A DNA stretch of 64,000 nucleotides. Source: Elsinoe ampelina. Its lineage: Eukaryota. Under the pieces are notes generated by a model. It was given only the letters and a program-made list of their open reading frames with translations, did no database searches and had not been told where the DNA came from. Positions within the stretch are counted from its first letter, which is position 1; each line of letters starts with the position of its first letter. Shown piece by piece: positions 47,907-60,202 of this stretch. The stretch spans positions 2,062,919 to 2,126,918 of the forward strand of contig ML992503.1 in assembly GCA_010093995.1 (NCBI GenBank). The letters run 5' to 3'. A program made the translations under genes and the position numbers.

Positions 47907-49587
47907 ATGGCGCTCGCCAGCAAGACGCAGTCGCAGGCCATTTTCGCCAAATTGCGACAGAAGCCAGCCAACAAGGTACGCAATGCCACCTTACCTTTCT
48001 CAGCTATGCTCAACGATTGATCTCGTGGTCAGGTCTGCTTCGACTGTGGCACAAAGAACCCAACATGGAGCTCCGTCCCTTTCGGCATTTACCTCTGTCT
48101 TGACTGCTCAGCCAACCACCGCAATCTCGGCGTCCACATCTCTTTCGTACGGTCAACCAACCTCGATAGTACGGTCACTCTTTAGTATGCTTGGAGCTTT
48201 GTTGACTCAGTCACAGTTTGGCAATGGGATCAATTGCGGATAATGAAGGTAGGAGGGAACGAGTCAGCCACAAAGTACTTCCAGTCGCATGGTGGGTCCG
48301 CCGCTCTGTCGAGTAAGGATTCGAAAACAAAGTACACCTCGAACGCGGCCACAAAATACAAGGAGGAGCTCACAAGACGGGCCGCTGCAGATGCAAAGCA
48401 GTAAGCAAATTCAAACTTGTCGATGGGACTGGACTAACATGAAAGATACCCCGAGGAAGTGGTCATCACAGAGGCGATCGACGACCCTGCTACGAGCGGC
48501 ACCAACACTCCAGCTGGAGAGAACGAGGATGACTTCTTTTCTTCGTGGGACAAGCCGACCATCAAGCGACCCAGCAATCCTCCTTCTCGTTCCGCTACCC
48601 CTGGCATCAACCGCACAGCTTCTCCTTTCCTGAATGCAAATGGCAATGGTTCTGCACCTGCTCGGTCTAAATCTCCACTCTCCGCCTCTGATAGCTCCGC
48701 CGCTCCGCGCGCAATTCCTGCCGCTGCAGTTCGAAAGCCTGCTGCAGGTGGAGCGAAGAAGGCCAATATTCTCGGCGCAAAGAAGAAGCTGGGTGCGAAG
48801 AAGGTGGACGCAAGCGCGCTGGACTTTGATGAGGCAGAGAAGAAAGCAAAGGAAGAACAAGAGCGAATTGAGAAGCTTGGATACGATCCGGATGCCGAAA
48901 CACCCGCGAGCGAGACTGTAGGGACTATCGTACAACCAGAAACCAGCATTGTTAGTCCACAGCCCATCAATCCATCGAGAGGAAGCTTCGGTGCCACGAA
49001 CAAGCCCGCGGAGAAGTCGAGTGGAGACATGGAGAGACTGGGCATGGGAGTCAGGAAGCTTGGATTCGGTCAAGTCATGGGAGGGGGCGCACCTGCGACG
49101 AGCAAGCCAAAGGCCACGGGTGGCTTTGGCTCTACATCGAGAGCAGCCCAAGGTAAGTCGAGCAATCTCGGTATCGATTTCAGACTAACATGTTAATCAG
49201 ACGACTCGGAAAAGTATGCTCGAGACAAGTTCGGTGCGCAAAAGGGAATCTCATCAGACGAATTTTTCGGAAGAGCTTCGTTTGACCCATCAGCACAGGC
49301 AGAGGCGAAGAACCGACTGCAAGGTTTCGAAGGCGCCACGTCAATCTCCTCCAATGCCTACTTTGGTCGACCAGACGAGGAGGTACCCGAGGGCGATTAC
49401 GGCGATTTGGAGACAGCAGCGAAGGACTTTGTCCGCAAGTTTGGTATCACTGCTGGTGATGACTTGGAGAACCTGACGAGTCTGCTCGGTGATGGTGCGA
49501 CCAAGCTTCAGGGTGAGATTGACCGCATCAGGAATGAACGCAAGCTGACAATGGATAGGCGCGATTCGGAATTACCTCAACGGTTGA
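47907..49587 (+). CDS. GLO3: ArfGAP (Glo3-like), multi-exon
   Basis: CFDC...[31 protein letters not shown] zinc finger, KKKLGAKKV and [10 protein letters not shown]. Confidence 0.92.
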
Positions 49588-49738
49588 GTGAGGTGAGCGA
49601 GGGAGGTGAGACTTGATATAGCATAGCAGAAAAGCGAGGGTGAACTCAAAATGATACCATGTGCCATGATATTATCCCAAATCCGTCAGTGCTATGCTCG
49701 CTCGAAACCGCCCACTAATGCAGATGCCACGCTTGCCA

Positions 49739-50723
49739 TCATTCCAGCCTCCCCATCATGCTCTTCCTGACCGACGTATTCACAACCCCACCCACCCCAA
49801 AAGCCGGCACAATCCTACACATCCTCGCAAAGCTACTCGGCAACCAATCCACCCTGACTTTCCTCAACCTCTCCCTAAACGGCGTCCCACCATTTCTGTT
49901 ATACAAATCCAACCCCAACAAATGCAACGGGGTAGACAACAACTGCACGCTCGCCGGCGCCAGAAACTGCGCCACCGACACCCTTGACATGTACTTCTCG
50001 GCCGCGTCCGACAGCGGTATCCTCGGCGCCAAAAGCGGCGGCAGGTTAAAGCTCGCGAAAATCGTCATGCAGTCTCTTGCCGCGAAGAGGGCGTAGGATG
50101 GACCCGGTACCGGGCGAGCGGACACGGCGCCGAACATGCGTGTGAATTGGCTGTCTTTGTACAGGCAGAGGGAGAGGTTGGCGGTGCTTGTGGCTAGGAA
50201 TTTGCTGGGGCCGGTGGTGGTGGAGGAGGCCGGGCGGTTGCGGAGCGTGGCTTGGGTGGTGTCGAGGGTGTTGGCTGTGAGGTAGGTGCCGGTGTAGAGG
50301 GCGAGGATGAGGAGGAAGGGACGGGAGGTGAGGAAGTGGTGCGGGCGGAGGAGGAGGGAGGTGAGGGAGGCTTTGAGGGAGGGGAGGAGAGGGCGTTTGC
50401 CGGAGGCGTTTTCGATGATGGCTCTGGGAAAGGTTAGTGAGGGCTGAGGGAGGACGGAGGGGGGAGAGGGACTTGTCTATCATGGTGATGAGAGGTGCGA
50501 CTAGGAAACCAGCTGATAGTGCTGCTGTGCCATCTGCGAGGAGCCGGAAGCCTAGCTGGCTGGTGTTGTATTTGTGTGGTTGAGCGTCTGGTAGAATAGC
50601 GTGTGCTTTGTCGCTCATGGCTCGTAGGGATTTGAGGTCGCGTGCTTCTATAGCAGATGCTACAGCTCCTTCACCTTCATTCTGACCTGCTGAGCGACGA
50701 GCTCCTCCGGCTTCGGCACCCAT
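49739..50723 (-). CDS. Conserved fungal membrane protein (mitochondrial-carrier-like), 2 exons
   Basis: LVAPLITMIDK|AIIENASG, LYTGTYLTAN, RDCMTIFASF, STPLHLLGLDLYN and RIVPAFGVGGVVN. The start could also be 50618. Confidence 0.75.
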
Positions 50724-51161
50724 AGTCGTTGGAACCGAGTGGTCTTACCTCTGCGCGCATTGGAAACAATTCAATGGGAGGATAGAAGACACTGAGAGGT
50801 CAGCGCGATCTCCAAGATTGCTCTGGTCGCAGATCTGGAATGTAGAGTACGTGTGACGAGTGCACGATAAGGTGGCTGCAAAAGCGCGAAGAGACGGCAC
50901 AAGGTGATGTCGGCTCGGTCGGCAATTGAGTTTTCGCCGAAGCAGCTCTTCTTGCCAAGATTCACACCCTCGATGCGAGGACACACACTGCACTCCCAGT
51001 TCGCGCTCACCATACTTTGCACTGCTATCGATTGCAACAACACGGCCTCGCTGTAACCTCTAATTGGGCCTGAATGTTATTCACTAAATGTTCTACAGGG
51101 TGCTTGGAAGCGAACGTCATTAGGTTATGTCTGGTTGTTCCAGACCATATCTTGCGATCCC

Positions 51162-53451
51162 TCAATCCTCGAACGCCTCCTGCATCTCGTGTAGATCAGC
51201 ACACACCTTCATGAATCCAGAGTAATCGAAGCCTGGATTATGACGCCCGATAGTGGCCATCTTACCACAAGCTGCCACTAGCAAGCTCGTATCATCAGCT
51301 GCATTCGCTTGGCCCTGGCAGGACACAACCTGGTGGAGGATGATACAGAATGATGCGAGCAGTGCACTGAGACTGTGATACCAATCAGTATGAAACAACG
51401 ATGCAATCCAGATATCCTCACCATTCCTCGTCTACATCTCGCACATCCATATCCGCGACATCGAGTAATACTCGCCGTGCAGAGACTGTAGCTGCCGTGG
51501 CATTCCTGGACGAATTAGGGACAGGCATTCTAGAGTCACGCTGAATTGTCATACCACTTCTGCAACACAAATGTACCTTCACCATGCCTGGGAGACGCCC
51601 TCGCCTCTTGGACATCTTGACGCTCACTCGCCGGAATTGAGCTCAACCAATCTCCTAAGCTGTCTTGCAGCGTCGCTCGAATAGCCGCCTGCTGCTTCGG
51701 TGTATTCTTTAAAGCTCTTGGGCTGCATAGCTCTTTCGACACCCGAGAGCAGATCCGAGCAAAGCACAGGTCATGGAATATCTGATCAGATGATGACAGC
51801 GCCTGCCCACTCGCGACATCTTCAAGGTCGAAGGCAATGTAATCGTCATCGATAGCCTACACAGTCAGTTTCAGCACATGGATCACCAGGAGCCTCTCAC
51901 AGATTGGACATTGAATCTCATGGATAGTGGCTTCTCCCACGAATACAGTATCATGAACACCCTCTGCTTATGATTCTGGTCGTCGTTGGACACATCCGAG
52001 CCCTCGAGCAGGTTCATTCGGAGCGCGAATGCCATGCGCACCGCCTCGGAGATGAGATATCTGGAGAAGTTTGTACACAAGGACGATTTTGCGTACGTGA
52101 TCTGGCTTGATTAGCGAAGTTGCGGTCTTTCTCATTGATGGCCTACCATCGGTATCAGTGCTTGCACTTTGGCGAACACTGGGGGCTCTGCAGTTAGCTG
52201 TGGTAGCCAGATAAGTGCTCGCTTGAAGTAGTAATCAGGGTCTTGACAGGTCTGGTGCCGGCGTGACTTCATCTTCCGCAAACGACATCCAATAGCGATG
52301 GCGGAGTAAATGAAGGGGATGTTGTTGTCAATCAGAGGCACCGCGCCAGTGACGATTTGGGACTTCAAGGTCAGAATAGTTGCTTGCGACAACTGCTGGA
52401 TTGTTTGCGATGCGAAGTACTCTGTCGGCCGGTCAATACTGGTTGCAAACCCTACGTTGCGGTGAGATACCTAGCAGGTAATCGTCTGTCTCCGATGCAC
52501 GAAGGTCATCTTGAACGGCCTCTAGACTCAAAGCCGCTAGCGTCGTATCCGGAATCATTGGACGATCAACGAAATCATATGTCTCCTGCAGGAAGATATG
52601 AAGATCTTGCACGATTTGCTCAGTGTTGGGCTGTGAGGCAATGGCTTGCAGGACTTCACTGATCAATGTAGCATCCACTGCAGCCGAAGGAATGGTTAAG
52701 TCGAAGGGTCCGCTGGCACTACTCCCGCAAGAGTAGAGTGATTCTCCCGACAAGGAGTTGACACGGCTCGCTCCCTCGATGGACGGCGTAATCTTTGATA
52801 ATCAGTGAAAGGACTCCGACGTACTGGACTAGACTCCTCACCGAATGTGTAAGTTCAGGCATGTCGCCACCTGCTGGCATGGCGAGCACGTCGGAGAAGA
52901 GGTCTCCGCCGATTGGTAGACCAGTGTTCGACCACAGCAGTGGCTGACAATCCAGGTCTGGAATGACGTCCGGCACTTCTAGACCGAGGAGAGGATCCCA
53001 ACCCGGCTGAGCGGTGTCCAAGGGCTTGCTCAGCGCCTCGGGTTGGCCCAGCCCTGCAAGTGATGGATCAAAGTAGAAATTGTCCGGCAGCAGCGATGGA
53101 CGAAGCGGTGCAAGTTGTTCTGTCACACTAAGTCTTGGCCCTTGGAGCGCGGGATATTTGCATACTGTTCGACTTGTACGACTTCTTGGTCTTTCTCCGG
53201 GTCGGATTCGGTACGTACATGCAAGACTCGTCCGTCTGCAGCAGTCAGCTGGGAACATCGGGCTCATCTTGAGCAGACTTACCTTACACTGATTACAACG
53301 CGGCCTGCCGCCGTTGCCTGTTGTACTGTCAGACTCTGAAAGGAGCAACCCGGTCGTCGAGCCTACATCTTATCTTCTTGTGCTTGCATCGGATACATGC
53401 ACCCCTCCGTCGAGTGAGTCGTTTCTTGTCCGAATTTTCTTTTCCGGCCAT
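51162..53451 (-). CDS. Zn(II)2Cys6 transcription factor, multi-exon
   Basis: ACIRCKHKKIRC|NGGRPRCNQCK|TSLAC cluster split by introns after ATG 53451. Middle-domain segments AVRMAFALRMNL and RVFMILYSWEK. Confidence 0.78.
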
Positions 53452-54874
53452 TTTGGGTCTGGAAATGCTCTGTCCCACTAGCCCGACAACGAGGTGGTAG
53501 ACTCGGATCTATTATAGTTCGACGACATACTGGAATGGTCGTTCATTTCCTTGCCACTTCCCCGAGCTTCGCACTGTGGACATGGCTCGGAAAGAGCACG
53601 ATGATCTACAGACCCTGCTGAGTGATGGGTGGGATGTGCCGCTGAAACGACAAAAGGGTCTTATCGCACATGTTCAGCAAGTGGTGATATCTCGAGCCTA
53701 GTTCACGGTGATATCGAAACGTCCCCAGCTCGGATATATCGCTCTTGGCAAAGGGGTGATGTTCAGTCCATGTGGGGTTCCCAGAATCAAGACCGGAGTC
53801 TATTCCTGTGGCCCACGTTGTGGTAGGTTAAGCAATGCCGTGAGATGGTGATCTCTCCCAAGCTTCAAGAAGCTTGCAACAAGACTCGTTAAGCATCAAT
53901 CACATATGAAACATGCAGTCGGCAAGAGACAACAGATGCCATTTGATAGATGGAGGAAAAAGCCATGCCGTAATGGAAGCAGCCCATTCGTCATACACTA
54001 TCTTCGGAAGCAGGTCTGGGAGTGGAGTACCAAGACATTTGATGCATTCCCGGCCACTCTACCTCTCCTGCGGTACGCATGTGGTGATAGCTCTCGCCAA
54101 CTTTACCATCACAAATCAGGGAAGACCCGACCTTTGACTGAGTGGCGTAGTTGCACCAGTATGTTAATCGCAAAAGGGGAGGTGGTGAGAATCTGCCCTA
54201 AGTAGATCCCTGGCCTGACCCCTGGAATGCCTGGGCTAAGCGCTGAAATAAGCACGCGAAGAGTCCCTGTCAACGACATGCTGCAAGATCTGATTGATGA
54301 TCGTCATGCAGATGCTTTTAATTTCGAACTGTCCCCACGACTGAAATAAATTGCTGGAGCCAAGGGGAAAAGCCGAGGTGGAGGACCCAATGTCGGCACT
54401 TGTGAGCCCTGAAGTTGATCACCGATTGGTGAGCTGCGTTGCCGAAAACCATGTTTCGATTTTCCGCCAGTCAATGAACTTCTGCGCAACAACAATAACA
54501 ATACTTTGTATCAAGTCAGCGGAGTTCTTCCGCATATTCCTCCATATCCCCGAGGCTCTTACTGCAGCACTCAATGAACTTTTCTCCGACACATGAAGGT
54601 ATCGTGCCCGCAAACCTCATAGTCCGACCAAACCCCTGAGACCGAGCTCCGATATTAGTAGACAGGTTCAAGACTAATACCTCTGACTACTCAGCATCTC
54701 ACTCATGACTGTAGCGAGCATTCACTTGAAGCTATAGGTTCATATCAAGCCTGAAGGAGGAGGCAAACCACCCTGATAAGCCAGCCAGGGATCCAGTCGC
54801 GCCTGACATTGATTGAAGATACCGAATAAGCGCATACACACCCACGAAGTCCTTTTCAAGCTTCCTTCCCGGGC

Positions 54875-55310
54875 CTACGATCCCCCTCGACTTTTCCGCC
54901 AAGATCCACTGAAACGTGGTAGCATGATCCGGGTCTTCCTCAGCAGCTTCCCATACCCTGCCTCCAACACCTCGACCCGCAAGATCCGAAACCCTGCATC
55001 GCGAACCATTACCTCATTCTCCTGTGTACCAAAGCTGCCCCAGAACATATCTGTCCCAAGAAAATCACCCCTGATCTCCACCGCATCCGTTGTGGCCATG
55101 TTGAACGCAAACCCCCAACCATCTACCAACCACCCATAGATCCTATCAAGCATACCCTTCTGCTCCTGACGAGGTAAGTGAAATATAGCAGAAAAGCAGA
55201 CCACACCACCGAAGCTGCCCGACGAGAAGTCTGAAGCGAGCATATCTCCCTGCACGAACGCGGCCGCTGGACACCTCTCCTTCCCTAGCTCGAGCTGCTT
55301 TTGCTGCGTC
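54875..55310 (-). pseudogene. Truncated class I SAM-dependent methyltransferase
   Basis: QLELGKERCPAAAFVQGDML...SFGGVVCFSAIFHLPR...MLDRIYGWL. No upstream motif I (xLxxGCG) is visible, and there is an apparent frameshift near 54942. Confidence 0.65.
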
Positions 55311-57120
55311 TCGAAGCTCAGGATAAAGGACTCGTATCAAGTGCAGAGACAACACCGACAACCGCTTCCGCTTTCGTCCTGCACGGCCCGTTCACTGTCA
55401 CGTTATAGAGCTGGAGCCCTCCAGAGACCTCATACTGGCTCGGCTGCTCAAGCATTGAGGTATCTACCTGGAAGTCGAAAGAAAGGCCTGCACTGAATCT
55501 CTGCGATGAGTCGAAGGAAATCTCGATAACGCTGATTGGTGTCTATTATCCCTCCTGTGGTGACGTGCAGGTCCACAATTGTCGCATCCTCCTTATTGCC
55601 AGAGCCCGTGACTTGGGCTTTGCAACATTTTGAGTTGTGCCCTTCTGAGATGGAGAACCATCCGTCGTAAACAACCAAGGTGGACCACCAAGCAGTGGTT
55701 GTAGTAGCTGGCACGTCGAATCTTGTGGAGATGGAAGAGGCGTTTCGGGTCACGTTGTTGAGGTTGAGCACACCAAGTAATAGTATATGAAGCGGATCTT
55801 TGCCATGGGCGAGGTCCTCGCCATGTTCTACAGGGCCGATTATTCTGATCCATGAGTTTAGAACGCGGTCTGTCCGAAACAGAGGTATTCTCGCCGGTAT
55901 CACGAAACAGTGGGTTGAAGATGAGCTGGGTCGGAGACGGCATCGCGGACGTCATGATTCAGGCAGAGGTAGAACTGGTATGCTATGAGGTGGCGGATGT
56001 GCTTGTAGACGTCAGGTACTGTTGGATCGTGAACCAAAGACATCGTGTACTGCTTTGATTGCGCATACTTTCCTCGCCACCCCACGCAAAAGAGCACGGC
56101 AGCCTTGAGATTCGCATTAAGAGCGACAATTTGTTTGTCCTTCGCATTGCAGCCCGATGTCTGACGATCCTGTACCGGCTCGGCGACAATCGCGTTAGAC
56201 CAAAGAGCTGCTGCGAGCGCGCAGGTTCTGCTTAGATGCGTAGTGCAGTCAAGTGCAGAAACAAGTCTGATGTGTGGCTATTACTGCTTCTTTACTTCAC
56301 CTAATAGTACGACATGTTCTGTGACTCTGGGGTATTGCAATGCCATGTCACTTCGATCGAGAAGCTCTGCGTCGTTTCATAGCCTAGAACTACTGGATAG
56401 TGACATCTTATGGGAGCAACAGAAAGTGCCGGCACATTCCAGACACATGATGTGATGTGGAAGACGTAGAAGTCCTGTTCTCCCGGCAAGTGTAGATGGC
56501 CATCTGAACCAAAGGGGCAGGATTCAAGAAAGCGCGATATGTGCGTGGTTGATAAAGGATGTTGGTCTCTACAGCCAAATCTAAGAACAAAGCGGTGCGG
56601 GCAAGGGAGTACTGGTCCGGCTCCTACTCTGAATCAGCGTTGACACATTCTGACCTCGCCCTTTTAGGTAACTTTTCCATCCCGGCCAAGTAGCCGACCG
56701 TGAAACGGCAGCTCGATCTGAATGCCGGATCTACCGAGGCGCTGATGATGTCGAGAGGATGACGTTCTACTCTTTTGTCCATCTCGACCTGGTCATGCTC
56801 GAGACAGGCGATGTAATTGTACGCCACTCGTAGCTACATGCACGCGTCTGTAATAATGTCAGGTCGGCAAATGGCCTTCGCGTCGACAGCGCTCTCATAT
56901 ACTCAGGTAAGGCAGGGTTTTCCCACACAAAGAAGAATTCGAATAACGAGCTTTCGATGCTCAGCGGAGTTCGCCCGCCACAGGTTTTGCACCATAACGT
57001 AAATTTTCCCGGCCGTTTCGCCCCAAGCCTGTCGTCCACCATGAGGATGTAACCCGGAGACTGTTCTTATAGCCATGTGGGCCCTCCGCGGCTGTCTGGC
57101 CTCCACGCACTGGACTTTCA

Positions 57121-58635
57121 ATGTCGACCTCACTTGAGACCCCCGAGGTCACCATCGTCGACTGGGATGGCCCAAACGACCCGGAAAACCCCTTCAACTG
57201 GGCAAAGAGCCGCAAAGTGGTCATCAATGTAATTTGTTTGCTCGCCACCTTGAGCTGCAATGCTAATGCCACGGCTCTTACCGTCGCTTGGAGGGTTACA
57301 AATCCGATATACGGAATCAGCGATGAGACGTTTCCCAATTCCTACTGGTCGGTGACCAGCTGGACTCTAGGAGGGTCGCTCTTCATGGCATGTCTGCTGC
57401 CTTTGACTGAGGACTATAGCCTGAGATGGGGCTACCTGATCTCGTACGCTGGGCTCATCGTCTTCACCATTCCTCAGGCGGTCATACATAACTTCGCTGG
57501 CTTCCTGGTCTTGCGATTCTTGGCAGGTGGATGTGTGTCCATGGTGGCCAACTGCGTGGTGGGCATTATCTGCGATGTATGGGGAGAGGAACGCAGTCGC
57601 CACTTACCTGTCTCCACATTCATCACGACCTATCTCGCTGGCACGGCACTAGGCCCCGTCTTCGGTGCAGCCATCTTGAGGCGATTGGACTGGACCTGGA
57701 TCATCTGGATACAGGTCATTTTCCATGCCACACTGTTCACCCTTATTGCTATCCTGCTAAAGGAGACTAGAGGCTCGGTCATTCTTCGTCGAAGGGCAGA
57801 ACTCATCCAAAAGCGGACAGGCCGGCCGGCGGTAGCTGTGACAGACGTCAACAGTCCACCAGCTGTCGAGATCCTCAAGATCTCTCTTAGAAGGCCGGTC
57901 TGGATGTTCTTGACCGAGTATGTGGTCTTTACCTTCACCATGTGGTCGGCATTTTCGGTTGGGTTGGTGTACCTCTTCACACAGTCAACCGAGATCGTGT
58001 TCACAGATCTTTATGGATGGACGCCCCTCTCAGCAGGATACGTCCAATCCTCAATCGCAATTGGCATGCTCATCGCTTGGGTGGTCAACTTCTATAGCGA
58101 GCGTGTCTACTTTGCATCGGCTAGCCGCAACTCAGAGGAAGTCGGTGTGCCGATTCCAGAAGCACATCTATACGTCTCGATCTTCGGGACCTTCGTCGGT
58201 GTCCTCGGTGGAATGTTCATCTATGGCTGGACCGCATATCCCGCTGTACCCTGGATCGGACCAGCTATTGGGCTCGCGATGGTCGGCTTCGGTATCAATA
58301 CTATCGTCACAGCTGTCGGACACTACTTGACATGCTGCTACGCTCGCTTTGCCATCTCGGCATGTGGCGCTGTCGGTGCAGGCGAGAACCTCTTTGCATC
58401 ATTCCTGCCACTCGCAACGATGGCCATGTATCGTAAACTCGGGCTACACTTCCCAAGCACTATCCTCGGGATACTAGCAATACCACTTGGTCTCGCTCCC
58501 GTCATCATGGTCATCCGAGGTCGCCAGATTCGCGCCAAGAGTCCATTTATCGTCGAGGCCAGGTATGAGAGCAAAGACTTGGGCGTACAGGGACTGGATA
58601 TCACTGAGCAAGAGTTGCGGACCCCGCCTCGTTGA
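57121..58635 (+). CDS. MFS drug:H+ antiporter (DHA1 family)
   Basis: VDWDGPNDPENPFNW, LRFLAG, GPVFGA, ETRGSVIL and PEAHL motifs; 504 aa, intronless. Confidence 0.9.
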   Translation: MSTSLETPEVTIVDWDGPNDPENPFNWAKSRKVVINVICLLATLSCNANATALTVAWRVTNPIYGISDETFPNSYWSVTSWTLGGSLFMACLLPLTEDYSLRWGYLISYAGLIVFTIPQAVIHNFAGFLVLRFLAGGCVSMVANCVVGIICDVWGEERSRHLPVSTFITTYLAGTALGPVFGAAILRRLDWTWIIWIQVIFHATLFTLIAILLKETRGSVILRRRAELIQKRTGRPAVAVTDVNSPPAVEILKISLRRPVWMFLTEYVVFTFTMWSAFSVGLVYLFTQSTEIVFTDLYGWTPLSAGYVQSSIAIGMLIAWVVNFYSERVYFASASRNSEEVGVPIPEAHLYVSIFGTFVGVLGGMFIYGWTAYPAVPWIGPAIGLAMVGFGINTIVTAVGHYLTCCYARFAISACGAVGAGENLFASFLPLATMAMYRKLGLHFPSTILGILAIPLGLAPVIMVIRGRQIRAKSPFIVEARYESKDLGVQGLDITEQELRTPPR

Positions 58636-59581
58636 ACAAACGGATCCCGGTCTTGCTAAGCAACACCTGGATCAGCTCCAGAAAGAATCTCCCTAACTGA
58701 TTGTACGATTCATTCACCAAAGAGTCCAAGCCGGCAATCTTGCGGGGACGAGACCTCCCAGTGCTTTTGAGGAGCTGAAATAGCCTCTTGCTCTGCCTCG
58801 TGATCATGACCTGCGCATATCATGAGAGGTACCGAGCTGTGAGCCCGGAACCATGCCCTGGTGTTCCAGGATACAACCGCATTGCTTCGATACGGGCTGC
58901 GGATATGTCGCAATACTCCTGGTCTCACTACTAACAGCACTTTGGTCTCCTATGTCAGGCAGCCTGCATGTGAGTCGCGGGCTGGACGCAGTGGCTGCAG
59001 CCAGCCGAGTAGCAGGTTCGAGGGAGCACTGCATACGGTGGAAGTCGTATGGGCTGGTGAGCCTGTTCAGCCTAGTCAGACTTGCCCTATCGATGTAGCA
59101 GCATGAAGTGTGATGTTTGTTATGAAGCAAACGTCTGAGAAACCAGGGACGCTTCTACGCGCAGTGGAGGATATCTGTGGTGACGCTTCGAAGATGACTG
59201 CGACATCAGAGCGAAGCTCACTGGAGGATCGCAGGCTAGGTGCATTACATCAATTATTGTTGTAATTTGTTCGCTGGTTGTCCCAGACACCGCAGTGGAA
59301 TGGAGCTTTGTTCTCGCCATTCACACAATTGTCTGAGTTGCTACACCTTAGATATTCCATCGTATCACACCATTTGCTCACATTTGCTCACCTTGTTTTC
59401 CCCCCTTATAATTGAATCTGATGACCAGGATGAGCTGGTGTTGTCACAGCTGAATGGGGGAGTCTCGGCATACCGGTGGAAAGCTAAGCCGAGCCCCGAG
59501 ATGTACATTCATATTGTAGCAAATTTTTCAAACTGTTCTAAAATTCGCTACAGTCGTCCGACGGTGGTGATTTTTCTAAGA

Positions 59582-59724
59582 GGCGCTCTGGCCGAGTGGT
59601 TAAGGCGGCAGGCGAGTTTTCAGCTCGATCCAAGCGATATCCATGGACTAATAAGTATCAGACTCGAATGGCTCGATGTCATCTGCTCTCTTCGGAGGCG
59701 TAGGTTCAAATCCTGCGGGCGTCG
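59582..59724 (+). tRNA. tRNA-Ser(CGA) with two intervening sequences (59612-59661 and 59669-59680)
   Basis: Acceptor GGCGCTC/GGGCGTC with G73, A box TGGCCGAGTGG, B box GGTTCAAATCC, long variable arm CTC-TTCG-GAG. The anticodon arm GCAGA-CT-CGA-AA-TCTGC forms only after both inserts are removed (81-nt mature body). Confidence 0.9.
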
Positions 59725-59729
59725 TTTTT
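59725..59729 (+). terminator. RNA polymerase III terminator (T5)
   Basis: TTTTT immediately after the tRNA discriminator base. Confidence 0.8.
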
Positions 59730-60202
59730 GGACTTGTTTTGCTCTTTCAGAGTGACAGCGGACATTGTGGCGACAACCTGGGTTGTTGCCGCTGTTTTTG
59801 GGCTGGCTTGGAGTGGTTAAAGATTTGGTGAGGTGAGGTGATGAGGTTGTCGCAAATTCTGGTGTGGACCCCTGAAGCCATGCCGAGCCGCAGGGGTCAG
59901 CGAGCATGGTTTGATAGCTGCAACAGGTCTTCTACACTTTCTTGGAATCATAAACCATCCGCTAAAAGTGATGCATGGTGATCAGAATACTGTGTCCAAG
60001 TGGACTCTGTTCAACCTCTGAGCTGGGCAGATAGCAAAAACACTGTGAGCAATTTACCACCGCCGCAATCACGAGCAAACAGGGATCTTCGTGATCATAG
60101 GATAAGTCATGACATTATGTACCCTCCCTTACTATGCAGTCTTCCGTTCCAACCTTCTCACCAGTTTCCCCCTTCCTAATCCATCTCTCACCCGTCCCCT
60201 TA

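Noticed and set aside
59608..59686. Reading the tRNA as anticodon AGT (Thr) with one long canonical intron
   Set aside because: This would give G33 and T37 instead of the invariant U33 and purine 37, and it conflicts with the Ser-type long variable arm and G73.
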